NCBI GenBank assembly: GCA_963822965.1
Contig: CAWGJT010000015.1
Location: forward strand, 194,219 to 258,218
Origin: an uncultured delta proteobacterium
GTDB lineage: Bacteria > Myxococcota_A > UBA9160 > UBA4427
Length of the DNA stretch: 64,000 bases
Direction of reading: 5' to 3'
Shown here: piece after piece, positions 18,816-28,667 of the stretch
Position numbering within the stretch: position 1 is the first letter of the stretch
How the letters are laid out: each line of letters begins with the position of its first letter
Translations under genes and position numbers: made by a program
The notes under the pieces: model-generated
Database searches by the model: none
Told to the model about the DNA's origin: nothing
What the model saw: the letters and a program-made list of their open reading frames with translations, nothing else

Positions 18816-20183
18816 ATGCGCGTAGGCCTGGTCGTTCTCGGAGCAACTCTCTCCGGCTGCGCGGCCGCGCTCGACGCGCGCCGGCTGGGAGCCGACGTCG
18901 TGCTCGTCGCCGACCCCTGCGGAGATCAAGGTGGCACCTTCGGTCCGAGGGCGGCCTGCTCCCAGCTCGTGCTGCGCGCCGCGGCGGCGGCGCTCTCGGA
19001 GCGGCGGCACGAGGCGGGCGGGCGGGCCGCCGGCCTCCGCTTCGACCTCCTGTTCGAGCGCGCCGAAGCCGCGGTATCCGCCTATCTGCGGCGGCTCCAT
19101 CGACGGCTGATCCGAATGGGCGTACGCATCCAGCCCGATCGCGCGCGCTTCCTCTCACCGCGCGAGATCGCGCTCTCGAGCGGCCCGCGGATCGTCGCGG
19201 ACGCGGTGATCGTCGCTACGGGCACTCGCCCCCGACGGCCCGAACGCTTCGCATTCGATGGAGCCACCGTATGCGACCCCGGCTCGTTGCTCGCGAGAAG
19301 AGGCCCGCTTCGCAACGCGCTCGTCATCGGTGCCGAGGGAACGGGCTGCGAGGTAGCGTCGATCCTGGCGGCCGAGGGTGCCTGCGTGACACTGCTCGAC
19401 CGCAGGCGCCGCTTCCTCCGCTCAGTCGACGGTGACGTCCGGGACTTCCTGCACGCGGGCTTTCGCGAAGCCGGCGTCGAGGTCGTCCTGGGAGAGGCGA
19501 TCCGATCGCTGGAAGTCGTCGGCCAGCGCGGCGAGTGCCACGCCATGGTCGAGCTGGTCAGCGGCCCGATCGAGCGCTGCGATTGCGTCGTCGTCGACGC
19601 CGGAGACCTGCCGGCCACGACGGAGATCGAGCTCGAGCGGACGAACGTCGAGACCGATCCAAGGGGCTTCGTCACTGTCGACGAGTGGGGTCGGACGTCC
19701 GAGCCTTCGGTGTACGCGGTGGGGCGGGTGACCGGTCCCGACTTCGCCTCGCACGAGTCGTGGAGCCAGGGGTGCATCGTGGCGCGAACCGCACTGGACC
19801 TTCCGTCCCACCCGAACGATGTCGTATCGGGAGCCTGGCAGACGGTGCCTCCGATCGGGAGCGTCGGCCTGACGGACGAGGCCTGCGCCCGGCTCGACGT
19901 TCCACATCGCGTCGGAAAGGCCGAGTACTCGGATTCCCTCTGGGCGAGCCTCAACGGTCTGTCCAAAGGACTCGTCAAGCTCGTAGCCGGCCACGACGGC
20001 GGACTCCTGGGCATCCATGTCATCGGCCCGCGCGCGCACGAGATCATCGAACTGGGCTGCCGGCTCGCCCGGGACGGGGAGACCCTCGAGAACCTGGGCT
20101 CGTCCGCCGCGAGCTGCGGCAGCGGCGAGATGTATCGCCTCGCCGCATTGGACGCCCTCGGATCCGCCGCACGCGGCTCGTGA
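18816..20183 (+). CDS. Pyridine nucleotide-disulfide oxidoreductase family protein, soluble transhydrogenase (SthA)-like, degenerate
   Basis: [47 protein letters not shown]; both GxGxxG motifs altered. Confidence 0.75.
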   Translation: MRVGLVVLGATLSGCAAALDARRLGADVVLVADPCGDQGGTFGPRAACSQLVLRAAAAALSERRHEAGGRAAGLRFDLLFERAEAAVSAYLRRLHRRLIRMGVRIQPDRARFLSPREIALSSGPRIVADAVIVATGTRPRRPERFAFDGATVCDPGSLLARRGPLRNALVIGAEGTGCEVASILAAEGACVTLLDRRRRFLRSVDGDVRDFLHAGFREAGVEVVLGEAIRSLEVVGQRGECHAMVELVSGPIERCDCVVVDAGDLPATTEIELERTNVETDPRGFVTVDEWGRTSEPSVYAVGRVTGPDFASHESWSQGCIVARTALDLPSHPNDVVSGAWQTVPPIGSVGLTDEACARLDVPHRVGKAEYSDSLWASLNGLSKGLVKLVAGHDGGLLGIHVIGPRAHEIIELGCRLARDGETLENLGSSAASCGSGEMYRLAALDALGSAARGS

Positions 20184-20410
20184 GCCCGGAGCGACCGGAC
20201 TCGATCCGACACGGACCGAGGCGACGATGCGGGCAGCCGGCCGCCCGAGACGGGACGGCCTCGTGGCGGCCATCCCCCCGGACCCGGTCGATGCCGCCGT
20301 GGATCGACTCCCAGGACCGTCTCCCCAAGGGGACCCCGGAGCTGTCGAATCCCCGGCACCCCGAACGTCACGGACATGGAATCCTACAGACCGGCCCGGG
20401 AGGAACGACG

Positions 20411-21522
<1,112 letters not shown>

Positions 21523-21526
<4 letters not shown>

Positions 21527-21819
21527 TCCGGGTCGTCCTGCCCGCCCATCTTCGGAAGCTGGCCGGTGTCTCCGGCGAGGTGCGGCTCACCGTCCCCGAG
21601 CCCGTCACCCAGCGCGCCCTCCTCGACGCGCTCGAGTCGGGTCATCCCGTGCTGCGCGGGACGATCCGCGATCACGGCACGAAGCAGCGCCGGGCCTTCG
21701 TGCGATTCTTCGCGTGCGGGGAGGACTTGAGCCACGAGCCTCCCGACGCGAAGCTGCCCGACGCCGTCGCGACGGGCGCGGAGCCGTTTCGCGTCGTGGG
21801 TGCGATGGCGGGCGGATGA
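21523..21819 (+). CDS. MoaD/ThiS-family ubiquitin-like protein
   Basis: 98 aa, beta-grasp pattern, C-terminal AMAGG; ATGA overlap with the propeller gene. Confidence 0.88.
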
Positions 21820-21890
21820 AGCGCCCGCGAGGCCTCGGCCGAGGATGACGCGAGCGCCGAGAGAGGATCAGAGAAGAGAGAGGAGAGTCC

Positions 21891-22226
21891 ATGCAATTCA
21901 TGCTGCTGATCTACGAAGACGATGCGGAGCGGGTCGAGAAGATGGACGAGCGCATGCCCCGCTGCGCCGCCTACGCGCAGGCGATGGAGAAGGCCGGGAT
22001 CTACCAGGGCGGGGAGCGGCTGCGCGGCGTCAGCACCGCGACCACCGTCAGCGTGGTGGACGGCAAGACCCACGTGTTCGACGGGCCCTACGCCGAAGCG
22101 AAGGAGCAGCTCGGCGGCTTCCACCTCATCGACGTCCCCGACCTCGACACGGCCCTCCAGTGGGCCGCCCGCTGCCCGAGCGCCAGCCGGGGTCGGGTCG
22201 AGGTGCGTCCGGTCTGGCCGCGGTAG
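21891..22226 (+). CDS. YciI/DGPF-family protein
   Basis: DGPYAEAKEQLGGF, VEVRPV; strong AGGAG RBS. Confidence 0.9.
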   Translation: MQFMLLIYEDDAERVEKMDERMPRCAAYAQAMEKAGIYQGGERLRGVSTATTVSVVDGKTHVFDGPYAEAKEQLGGFHLIDVPDLDTALQWAARCPSASRGRVEVRPVWPR

Positions 22227-22276
22227 CGCGGCGCACCGGTGCTGCGGGCCGCGAAGGACCGGGCACCGATGACCCC

Positions 22277-23533
22277 ATGTCGAGCGAACCGGACGCGACG
22301 GCGCGCGACGCCGCCGAGGCGGTCGCGCGCCGCAGCTACGGCCGGCTCCTCGCCCTGCTGGCGGCGCGGACCCGGGACGTCGCCGGTGCGGAGGACGCGC
22401 TCGCCGAGGCCTTCGCGACGGCCCTCGTCGACTGGCCGGCGCACGGGGTGCCGCGCAATCCCGAGGCGTGGCTGACGACCGTGGCCCGGCGCAAGTGGAT
22501 CGACGCGACGCGACGCCACCGAAGCGCCGCAGGGGCCGCCGACCACCTGCGCCTCGTCGCCGAGGAGATGGCGGCGGCCGCCTCGGGCACGAGCCCAGTG
22601 CCGGACGAGCGCCTCACGCTCATGTTCGCGTGCGCCCATCCCGCGATCGATCCCGGCGTCCGGGCGCCGCTCATCCTGCAGACGATCCTCGGCTTCGACG
22701 CCGCCGCAATCGGCTCGCACTTCCTCGTCTCGCCCGCCACCATGGGCCAGCGGCTGGTGCGCGCCAAGAGGAAGATCCGAGAGGCCGGCATTCCGTTCGT
22801 CGTACCCGAGGGCGGGGACCTCGCCGCGCGCCTCGAGGCCGTGCTCGAGGCCATCTACGCCACCTTCTCCGAAGGGTGGTCGGAGGTCGCCGGCAGCGAG
22901 CGCCGCAGCCGCAATCTCGCCGAGGAAGGCATCTGGCTGGGTCGCCTGGCGGTCTCGCTGCTGCCGAGCGAGCCCGAAGCGCTCGGCCTGCTCGCGCTGA
23001 TGCTCCACGCCCATGCCCGGCGCGAGTCGCGACGGGACGCCCGGGGTCACTACGTGCCCCTCACGGATCAGGATCCCGCGACCTGGGACGGCGACATGAT
23101 CGACGAAGCCGAGGCCCTGCTGCGCCACGCCAGCGACCTGCCCGGCGGCGGTCGCTACCAGCTGGAAGCGGCGGTGCAGTCTGCCCACGCCGTGCGTCGG
23201 ATCGCGGGCCGTTCGGACTGGCCAGCGATCGAGCGCATCTACGACGCGCTGCTCGTCATGACCGGCTCGCCGGTCGTGGCGATCAACCGGGCCGTCGCCG
23301 TCGCCGAGACGCGCGGAGCGGCCGCCGGCCTCGAGTCGCTCGATGCGTTCGCCGCCGACCCGCGGCTCACCAGTCACCAGCCGTACTGGGCCGCTCGCGC
23401 CTGGCTGCTGGCCCGATCGGGCGACGTCGAAGCTGCCGACGACGCCTACGCGCGGGCCATCGGCCTGGAGACCGACCCGGCGGTGCGCCGCTTCCTCGAG
23501 GCGAGGCGCAGCGCACTGCCGGGGCGGGGCTAG
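22277..23533 (+). CDS. ECF42-type RNA polymerase sigma factor with C-terminal TPR extension
   Basis: AEDALAEAF, NPEAWL, PDERLTLMFACAHPA, MGQRLVRAK, QDPATWD, YQLEAA; adjacent DGPF gene. Confidence 0.88.
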   Translation: MSSEPDATARDAAEAVARRSYGRLLALLAARTRDVAGAEDALAEAFATALVDWPAHGVPRNPEAWLTTVARRKWIDATRRHRSAAGAADHLRLVAEEMAAAASGTSPVPDERLTLMFACAHPAIDPGVRAPLILQTILGFDAAAIGSHFLVSPATMGQRLVRAKRKIREAGIPFVVPEGGDLAARLEAVLEAIYATFSEGWSEVAGSERRSRNLAEEGIWLGRLAVSLLPSEPEALGLLALMLHAHARRESRRDARGHYVPLTDQDPATWDGDMIDEAEALLRHASDLPGGGRYQLEAAVQSAHAVRRIAGRSDWPAIERIYDALLVMTGSPVVAINRAVAVAETRGAAAGLESLDAFAADPRLTSHQPYWAARAWLLARSGDVEAADDAYARAIGLETDPAVRRFLEARRSALPGRG

Positions 23534-23535
23534 CG

Positions 23536-24735
23536 TCACTCGCTGCGGCCGGCCCGCTCTCGCTCGGCCCGGATCGCCATCATCTCCTCGTACGTGTACC
23601 AGGTCTCGTCGTCCCGGGGGCCCTCGCGCAGGCGAGGTCCGTCCACGAGCACGAATCCGCCGCCCGCCGTCTCGGCGAAGCGTCGCGTGTCCTGCTGCCG
23701 CTGCCACTCCGCCAGCCGGGCCGTCTCCTTCTCCTCGATCTCTTCGGGGGTGGGCGGCGGGGACGGCAAGAAGAGAGGCTCGGGAGCGGGCCCGGTCTGG
23801 GACGTCCCGGACGCGACCGCCGAACCCACGTAGGGCGTGCCGAAGAAGGTGAGGAGCCCATCCTCGCGGCGTCGAAGCCAGATGCGCTTCCGCGAATAGT
23901 CGATGCGCAGGACGAAGTGGGCCAGGACGTCCGATCCCAGCACCGAGTCCGTCGGGCCGCCCTGGTTGTAGAGGCCCCTGGGCACGATCGCGATGGGCTG
24001 CCCGGGAAGCTCGAAGCCCGCGAAGCGAAGCGTCTTCGACTCGTAGACGAGGGCGTCGACGGGACCGAGAACGCCCGTCAGGCCCGAGAGCTCCGGGAGC
24101 CCTTCGATTCCGATTCCCGCCTCGCGCGCAAGCGGGCCCGAGAGCAGGGTGCCCGTGGAGCCGGTGTCGAGCATCGCCTGCACCGTCCGGCCGTCGACCT
24201 CGAAGGGGACGAGGATGCGGGTACCGTTGCGCCGGAACGCGATCACCCCTTCGCCGGGCACCGACGTCTCCCGGGGCACCTCGAGCTTCCGGCGGTCGTA
24301 GAAGCGGACGAAGCGGCCCGGGTAGTCGATCTCCACCACGTAGTCGTCCAGGAAGTCCGCCCCCAGCAGGGCGTACTCGAAGGACCGGGCCCCGGTGTCG
24401 CTGCTGCTCGTGTTCACCCAGAACGCGAGGTCCCGGCCCAGCAGCGTCCTGCGACGGTAGGCGCTGGACTTGAGGGCTCGAACGCTGACCCCCATGCGAC
24501 GCGCCTCGCGAGGTGTCACCACCGTCGCGGACGCCCCGGTGTCCAGCTCGAACACGAACGGGCGGCTGCCCTCGGGCGCCAGATCGATCACGACGCGGCC
24601 TGGCGGCGTGTCGGGATGGAACGGCACGCTGGCGAGCAGCGCGTCGGGCGGCGGATCCTCCGAACGGGCGAGCCGCGCGGAAGCCAGCAGGAGAGCGCAC
24701 GAGACGGCAACCAGGGCTCCGAACCATCGGGCCAT
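23536..24735 (-). CDS. Secreted two-domain retropepsin-like aspartyl protease
   Basis: Signal peptide; LDTGAS and LDTGST; LLGADFL and VLGSDVL; VEIDY/LRIDY. Confidence 0.85.
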   Translation of the reverse strand: MARWFGALVAVSCALLLASARLARSEDPPPDALLASVPFHPDTPPGRVVIDLAPEGSRPFVFELDTGASATVVTPREARRMGVSVRALKSSAYRRRTLLGRDLAFWVNTSSSDTGARSFEYALLGADFLDDYVVEIDYPGRFVRFYDRRKLEVPRETSVPGEGVIAFRRNGTRILVPFEVDGRTVQAMLDTGSTGTLLSGPLAREAGIGIEGLPELSGLTGVLGPVDALVYESKTLRFAGFELPGQPIAIVPRGLYNQGGPTDSVLGSDVLAHFVLRIDYSRKRIWLRRREDGLLTFFGTPYVGSAVASGTSQTGPAPEPLFLPSPPPTPEEIEEKETARLAEWQRQQDTRRFAETAGGGFVLVDGPRLREGPRDDETWYTYEEMMAIRAERERAGRSE

Positions 24736-24804
24736 GGGTTCGTTGTACACCGAGGGGGGTCGCATGGGAAGCCCCGACCGGGCGCGCCGCCCTCCGCCGG
24801 CCCC

Positions 24805-25365
24805 TCAGCGGACGAGGCGAACCGCGCGCGCCTCGCACGCTCGCAGCAGCGCCTCCGGCGCCAGCTCGACCTCGACGCCCCGCCGCCCGCCACTCACGTA
24901 GATCCGCTCGAAGCCGAGGGCGGACGCATCGACGAACGTGGGAAGCCGCCGGCGCTGGCCGAGGGGGCTGATCCCCCCGAGCACGTATCCGGTTGCGCGC
25001 TCGGCCTCCCGGGGCGGCGCCATCTGCGCCCGCTTCGCCCCGCTCGCAGCCGCGAGGAGCTTCAGGTCGAGCTGCGCCGACACCGGAACGACGGCCACGA
25101 CGAGGAGAGAGCCTTCGAGCTTCGCCCCGAAAGAGCCTTCGAGCTTCGCCCCGAAAGAGCCTTCGAGCTTCGCCCCGAAAGAGCCTTCGAGCTTCGTTCG
25201 GAGCGGGCCTTCGAGCTTCGCCACGAGCGTCTTGAACACCCGATCGGGAGGCACCCCGAGCGCCTCCGACGCCCGGGCACCGAAGCGGACGTCGCCTGCG
25301 GGCTCGAACTCATGAACGGTGAAGTCGAGCCCCAGCGCCTCTGCCTGCAGGATGGCCGGCGTCAC
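24805..25365 (-). CDS. ybaK: Cys-tRNA(Pro) deacylase YbaK with internal repeat insertion
   Basis: TPAI, VFKTLV, LDLKLLA, ERATGYVLGGISPLGQ, VSGGRRG; GTG start inferred. Confidence 0.88.
   Translation of the reverse strand: MTPAILQAEALGLDFTVHEFEPAGDVRFGARASEALGVPPDRVFKTLVAKLEGPLRTKLEGSFGAKLEGSFGAKLEGSFGAKLEGSLLVVAVVPVSAQLDLKLLAAASGAKRAQMAPPREAERATGYVLGGISPLGQRRRLPTFVDASALGFERIYVSGGRRGVEVELAPEALLRACEARAVRLVR
25109..25222. repeat. 24-bp tandem repeat (3 perfect + 2 degenerate units) inside ybaK
   Basis: GAGCCTTCGAGCTTCGCCCCGAAA at 25109, 25133, 25157; variants at 25181 and 25205; encodes (AKLEGSFG)n. Confidence 0.95.
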
Positions 25366-25493
25366 GGCACTGCTCCAATGCACGAGGCAGGCCGTCTCGC
25401 CTCCTCCGGGGGGCAGGAAGCCAGAGAAATCGGGCGATCGCAAGTCCTCGGGCGTGCCTTCGCCGCCATCCTCGCCCAATCTCTGCCCCGCCC

Positions 25494-26729
25494 ATGGACT
25501 TCCACTCCGAGCCGTTCGCCGTCCCGGTGGTGCTGATCGGCGTCGTCGTCGTCGTCGGCCTGCTGCTGCAGGCCGGTCTGCGCCGGACGGCCGTGCCCAC
25601 GGTGGTCGTCTACCTGGGTCTCGGCTTCGCGTTGGCCGTCGCCGACTGGCGCACGGGCTGGGTGGGCGACTCGGGACGCGACGCGATCGAGTTCCTGGGC
25701 AGCGTCGGGCTCATCTTCCTGCTGTTCCGGGTGGGTCTCGAGAGCAACGTCGCGAAGCTGCTCGGGCTCCTGCGGGGCAGCCTGATCGTCTGGATCGCCG
25801 ACATCGGCGTGAGCGCCAGCCTGGGCTTCGTCGCGAGCCGCTACGTACTGGGGCTCGAGCTGCTGCCCTGCCTCTTCGTCGCGGTGGCGATGAGCGCCAC
25901 CAGCGTAGGCGTCGGCGTTGCCGTGTGGCGCGAGGAGCGGGCGCTGGACGCCACCCGGGGACAGCTGCTCCTCGACGTGGCGGAGCTCGACGACATCTCC
26001 GGCATCGTGCTGATGGCGGTTCTCTTCGCCGTCGCGCCGGTGCTGCAGGACGGCCGCGTCGGCGAGCTGCTTCCGACGGTGGCCTGGACGGCGGGCGAAG
26101 TGCTGGCGCGTCTCGCGCTCTTCGGGCTCGCCGTCGCCGCCTTTGCGCACTTCGTGGAGGCGCCGCTCACGCGCCTGGTCACGCGGCTCGAGCTTCCGCC
26201 CGATCGCCTGCTCACGGTGATCAGCATCGGGATGATCCTGGCCGCGGCAGCCGGAGCACTCGGCTTCTCGTTCGCGATCGGCGCCTTCTTCGCCGGGCTC
26301 GCCTTCAGCCGCGACCCCGAAGCGGTGAAGCTCGACACCTACTTCGATCCGCTCTACGACTTCTTCGCGCCCTTCTTCTTCATCGCGATCGGGATGCGCG
26401 TCGACCCGGGCAGTCTGTCGACGTCGCTGCCGTTGGGCCTCCTGCTGTTCGGGGTGGCCGCAGCCGGCAAGCTGATGGGCGCGGGAGGCGGGAGCCTGGC
26501 GGAGCTGCCGCCCCGCGACGCCGCCCTGGTCGGCCTGGGCATGATCCCCCGCGCCGAGATCGCGCTCGTGATCATGCAGCACGGCATGTTGCTGGGGGCG
26601 GGAGCCGTCTCCGGGGAGCTCTTCTCCGCCATGGTGCTGGTGTCGATCCTGACCTGCCTCTTTTCGTCCATCGCCACCCGCGTCGTGCTGCGACGCGAAG
26701 CCGCCTCAGTCCCGACCCGGGGCGTCTAG
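25494..26729 (+). CDS. Cation:proton antiporter (CPA2/Kef-type)
   Basis: About 12 TM helices; LLFRVGLES, SATSVG, ELDDI, GAFFAGL, PFFFIAIG, MIPRAE. Confidence 0.9.
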   Translation: MDFHSEPFAVPVVLIGVVVVVGLLLQAGLRRTAVPTVVVYLGLGFALAVADWRTGWVGDSGRDAIEFLGSVGLIFLLFRVGLESNVAKLLGLLRGSLIVWIADIGVSASLGFVASRYVLGLELLPCLFVAVAMSATSVGVGVAVWREERALDATRGQLLLDVAELDDISGIVLMAVLFAVAPVLQDGRVGELLPTVAWTAGEVLARLALFGLAVAAFAHFVEAPLTRLVTRLELPPDRLLTVISIGMILAAAAGALGFSFAIGAFFAGLAFSRDPEAVKLDTYFDPLYDFFAPFFFIAIGMRVDPGSLSTSLPLGLLLFGVAAAGKLMGAGGGSLAELPPRDAALVGLGMIPRAEIALVIMQHGMLLGAGAVSGELFSAMVLVSILTCLFSSIATRVVLRREAASVPTRGV

Positions 26730-26884
26730 CCTGATCCGTCACGCGGATCCGGAGCACGATGGGAAGCGCCCCCCTGCGTTCCTGCGCCAGCACGTGGCCG
26801 AAAGACACAGAGTTGCGTCATTGCTGCCGGTCACGAAAGAGGCCGCTCCTCAAGCGTCGATGCGATTCGGACGATCCCGTCGTC

Positions 26885-27400
26885 ATGCGCGCTCGGTCGC
26901 TTCTTCTCGGTGTCACCCTGGCCTGCCTGCTCGTGGGACCCGCGGCGCGGTCCGAGATGTACCGTTACGTCGACTCCGAGGGCAGGCTCCACTTCACCCA
27001 GGACATCGGCCAGGTGCCCCCCGAGTACCGCGACCAGGTAGAGACCCAGGTGCTCGAACGCGAGATCAGCATCACGGGAGAGGGTCACGGGCAGAGCGAC
27101 GATCAGCGGGTCCAGGAGATGAAGAAGCGCGCCAGCCAGCTCCAGCGCAACGCACGGCGCAGAGCGCGCACGGCGGGAGCTCGGACGGCACCCGTGCCCG
27201 CAGCGCTGCGGCCCGCGGACCCCCTGCTCGGCGCTCCCGAGCCCAGGAAGTACGACAAGAAGTGCTGGTGGGAGACGAGGAGCGACGGGCAGCAGCGCAG
27301 GAAGTGCGTGAAGTCCGTCACCGCCGAATGGCGCGCATGGGACATCGCGAACGGCGGCGGCCATGGCCGGCCGACGACCCGGCGGCGGGTCGGCGAGTAG
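26885..27400 (+). CDS. Exported DUF4124-type protein
   Basis: Signal peptide then MYRYVDSEGRLHFTQD...VPPEYR. Confidence 0.8.
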   Translation: MRARSLLLGVTLACLLVGPAARSEMYRYVDSEGRLHFTQDIGQVPPEYRDQVETQVLEREISITGEGHGQSDDQRVQEMKKRASQLQRNARRRARTAGARTAPVPAALRPADPLLGAPEPRKYDKKCWWETRSDGQQRRKCVKSVTAEWRAWDIANGGGHGRPTTRRRVGE

Positions 27401-27430
27401 CCCCCGGGAGGCGCCGGGCCCCCGGTGCTC

Positions 27431-28305
27431 TCACAATCGCGGGTGGTCGATCCGCTTCATCCCGATCCGCAGCAGGTGCGTCGCGCCCAGCTGCCAACCG
27501 CGGACGCACAGGTCGAGATAGCGCTCGTAGCGGTCGACCAGCTCGCCGCCGGCGACCGCCACCGCCTCGTCGCGGTTCGCCCGCAGCCGCTCGAGCCAGA
27601 CCGCGCAGGTGCGCTCGTAGTCCCTGCGGTCGTTCCGCACGCGGACGATCTCGAAGCGCCGCTCGCTGGCCTCGGCGAGCTCGGCCAGGCGGACGAACTC
27701 GGATTCGGGGAAGATGTCCCTGGCGATGAAGCTGTTCGCGAAGTCCTCGCGCTTCAGGTTGCCGTAGGCGATGGCCTGCAGGGACATCCAGCCGCCGGGC
27801 TTCAGCCATTCGTGGCAGCGGGCGAAGAAGGCGCGGTAGCTCTGCATCTTCTCCGCGGGCGAGATCTCCGGCTTCGCGAAGTGCTCCATCGCCCCCAGCG
27901 AGATGATCGCGTCGTAGGGCTCGTCGGGCTCGTGCTCGGACCAGCCCTGCAGGTGGACGCGGATGCGCGGATCGGAGCGGCCGCCGATCCACTTGGCCTG
28001 GGCCTCGCTCAGGGTGAGGCCGACGGCCTCCTGCACTCCGTGTGCGGATACCAGGCGCTCGAGCACCGAGCCCCAGCCGCAGCCGACGTCGAGCACGCGT
28101 CTGGCGCCGTGGGCGCGCGCCTGCTCGATGTGGAAGTCGAGCTTCCGCAGCTGCGCCGATTCCAGCGACTCGTCGGATCGTCGGCCTCGTAAAGGGCGCC
28201 GGAGTAGGTGAGGCTCTCGTCGAGCCAGAGGCGGTAGAAGTCGTTGCCCGCGTCGTAGTGGTGCCGGATCGCCGGGCCGGAGGCACCGAGATTTTCAGAT
28301 CCCAT
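27431..28305 (-). CDS. cfa: Cyclopropane-fatty-acyl-phospholipid synthase-like methyltransferase (frameshift near 28170)
   Basis: AIRHHYDAGNDFYRLWLDESLTYSGA, then AQLRKL...VLDVGCGWG, GLTLSEAQ, SLGAMEH, IFP, YERYL in a second frame. Confidence 0.85.
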
Positions 28306-28598
28306 GCGGACATCATACTCCCTTCGAGCCGATCCGCGTCCGCGAATTCGCTGGGCTCGAGCCGAAATCGATCGGTGGACACAGCGAATTGTCACGACGA
28401 CCGGACCGCGCGCGCACTCGGGGAAAACCCTTGCCGGGGGCGAGGCATCGAGCACCCACCGCGGGTTCGTCGAAGAGACCGCCGGCCATCACGGCCATTT
28501 CGTCGAACCCGCTCGGTTCCCGAGCACATTCGGCGGTGCGACGAGTCGAAGACGGCTTCGGCCGCGCGGCTCGATCGCGTCTGCAGGTGGGAATCCGC

Positions 28599-28627
28599 TT
28601 GAAGCCGCTCTCCTGTGCGAATAGAAT
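28599..28627 (+). promoter_or_regulatory. Sigma70-type promoter of the PilZ-thioesterase-MT / MMPL / kinase operon
   Basis: TTGAAG-N17-TAGAAT, about 40 bp before a GTG start with GGAGAGG RBS. Confidence 0.6.
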
Positions 28628-28667
28628 TCGCAGGGTCGGGGTCGTTCCGTCCTCGGAGAGGTCGAGA

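Noticed and set aside
25109..25222. Repeat as a CRISPR array
   Set aside because: Units are directly adjacent with no spacers, are in frame inside ybaK, and no cas genes are present.
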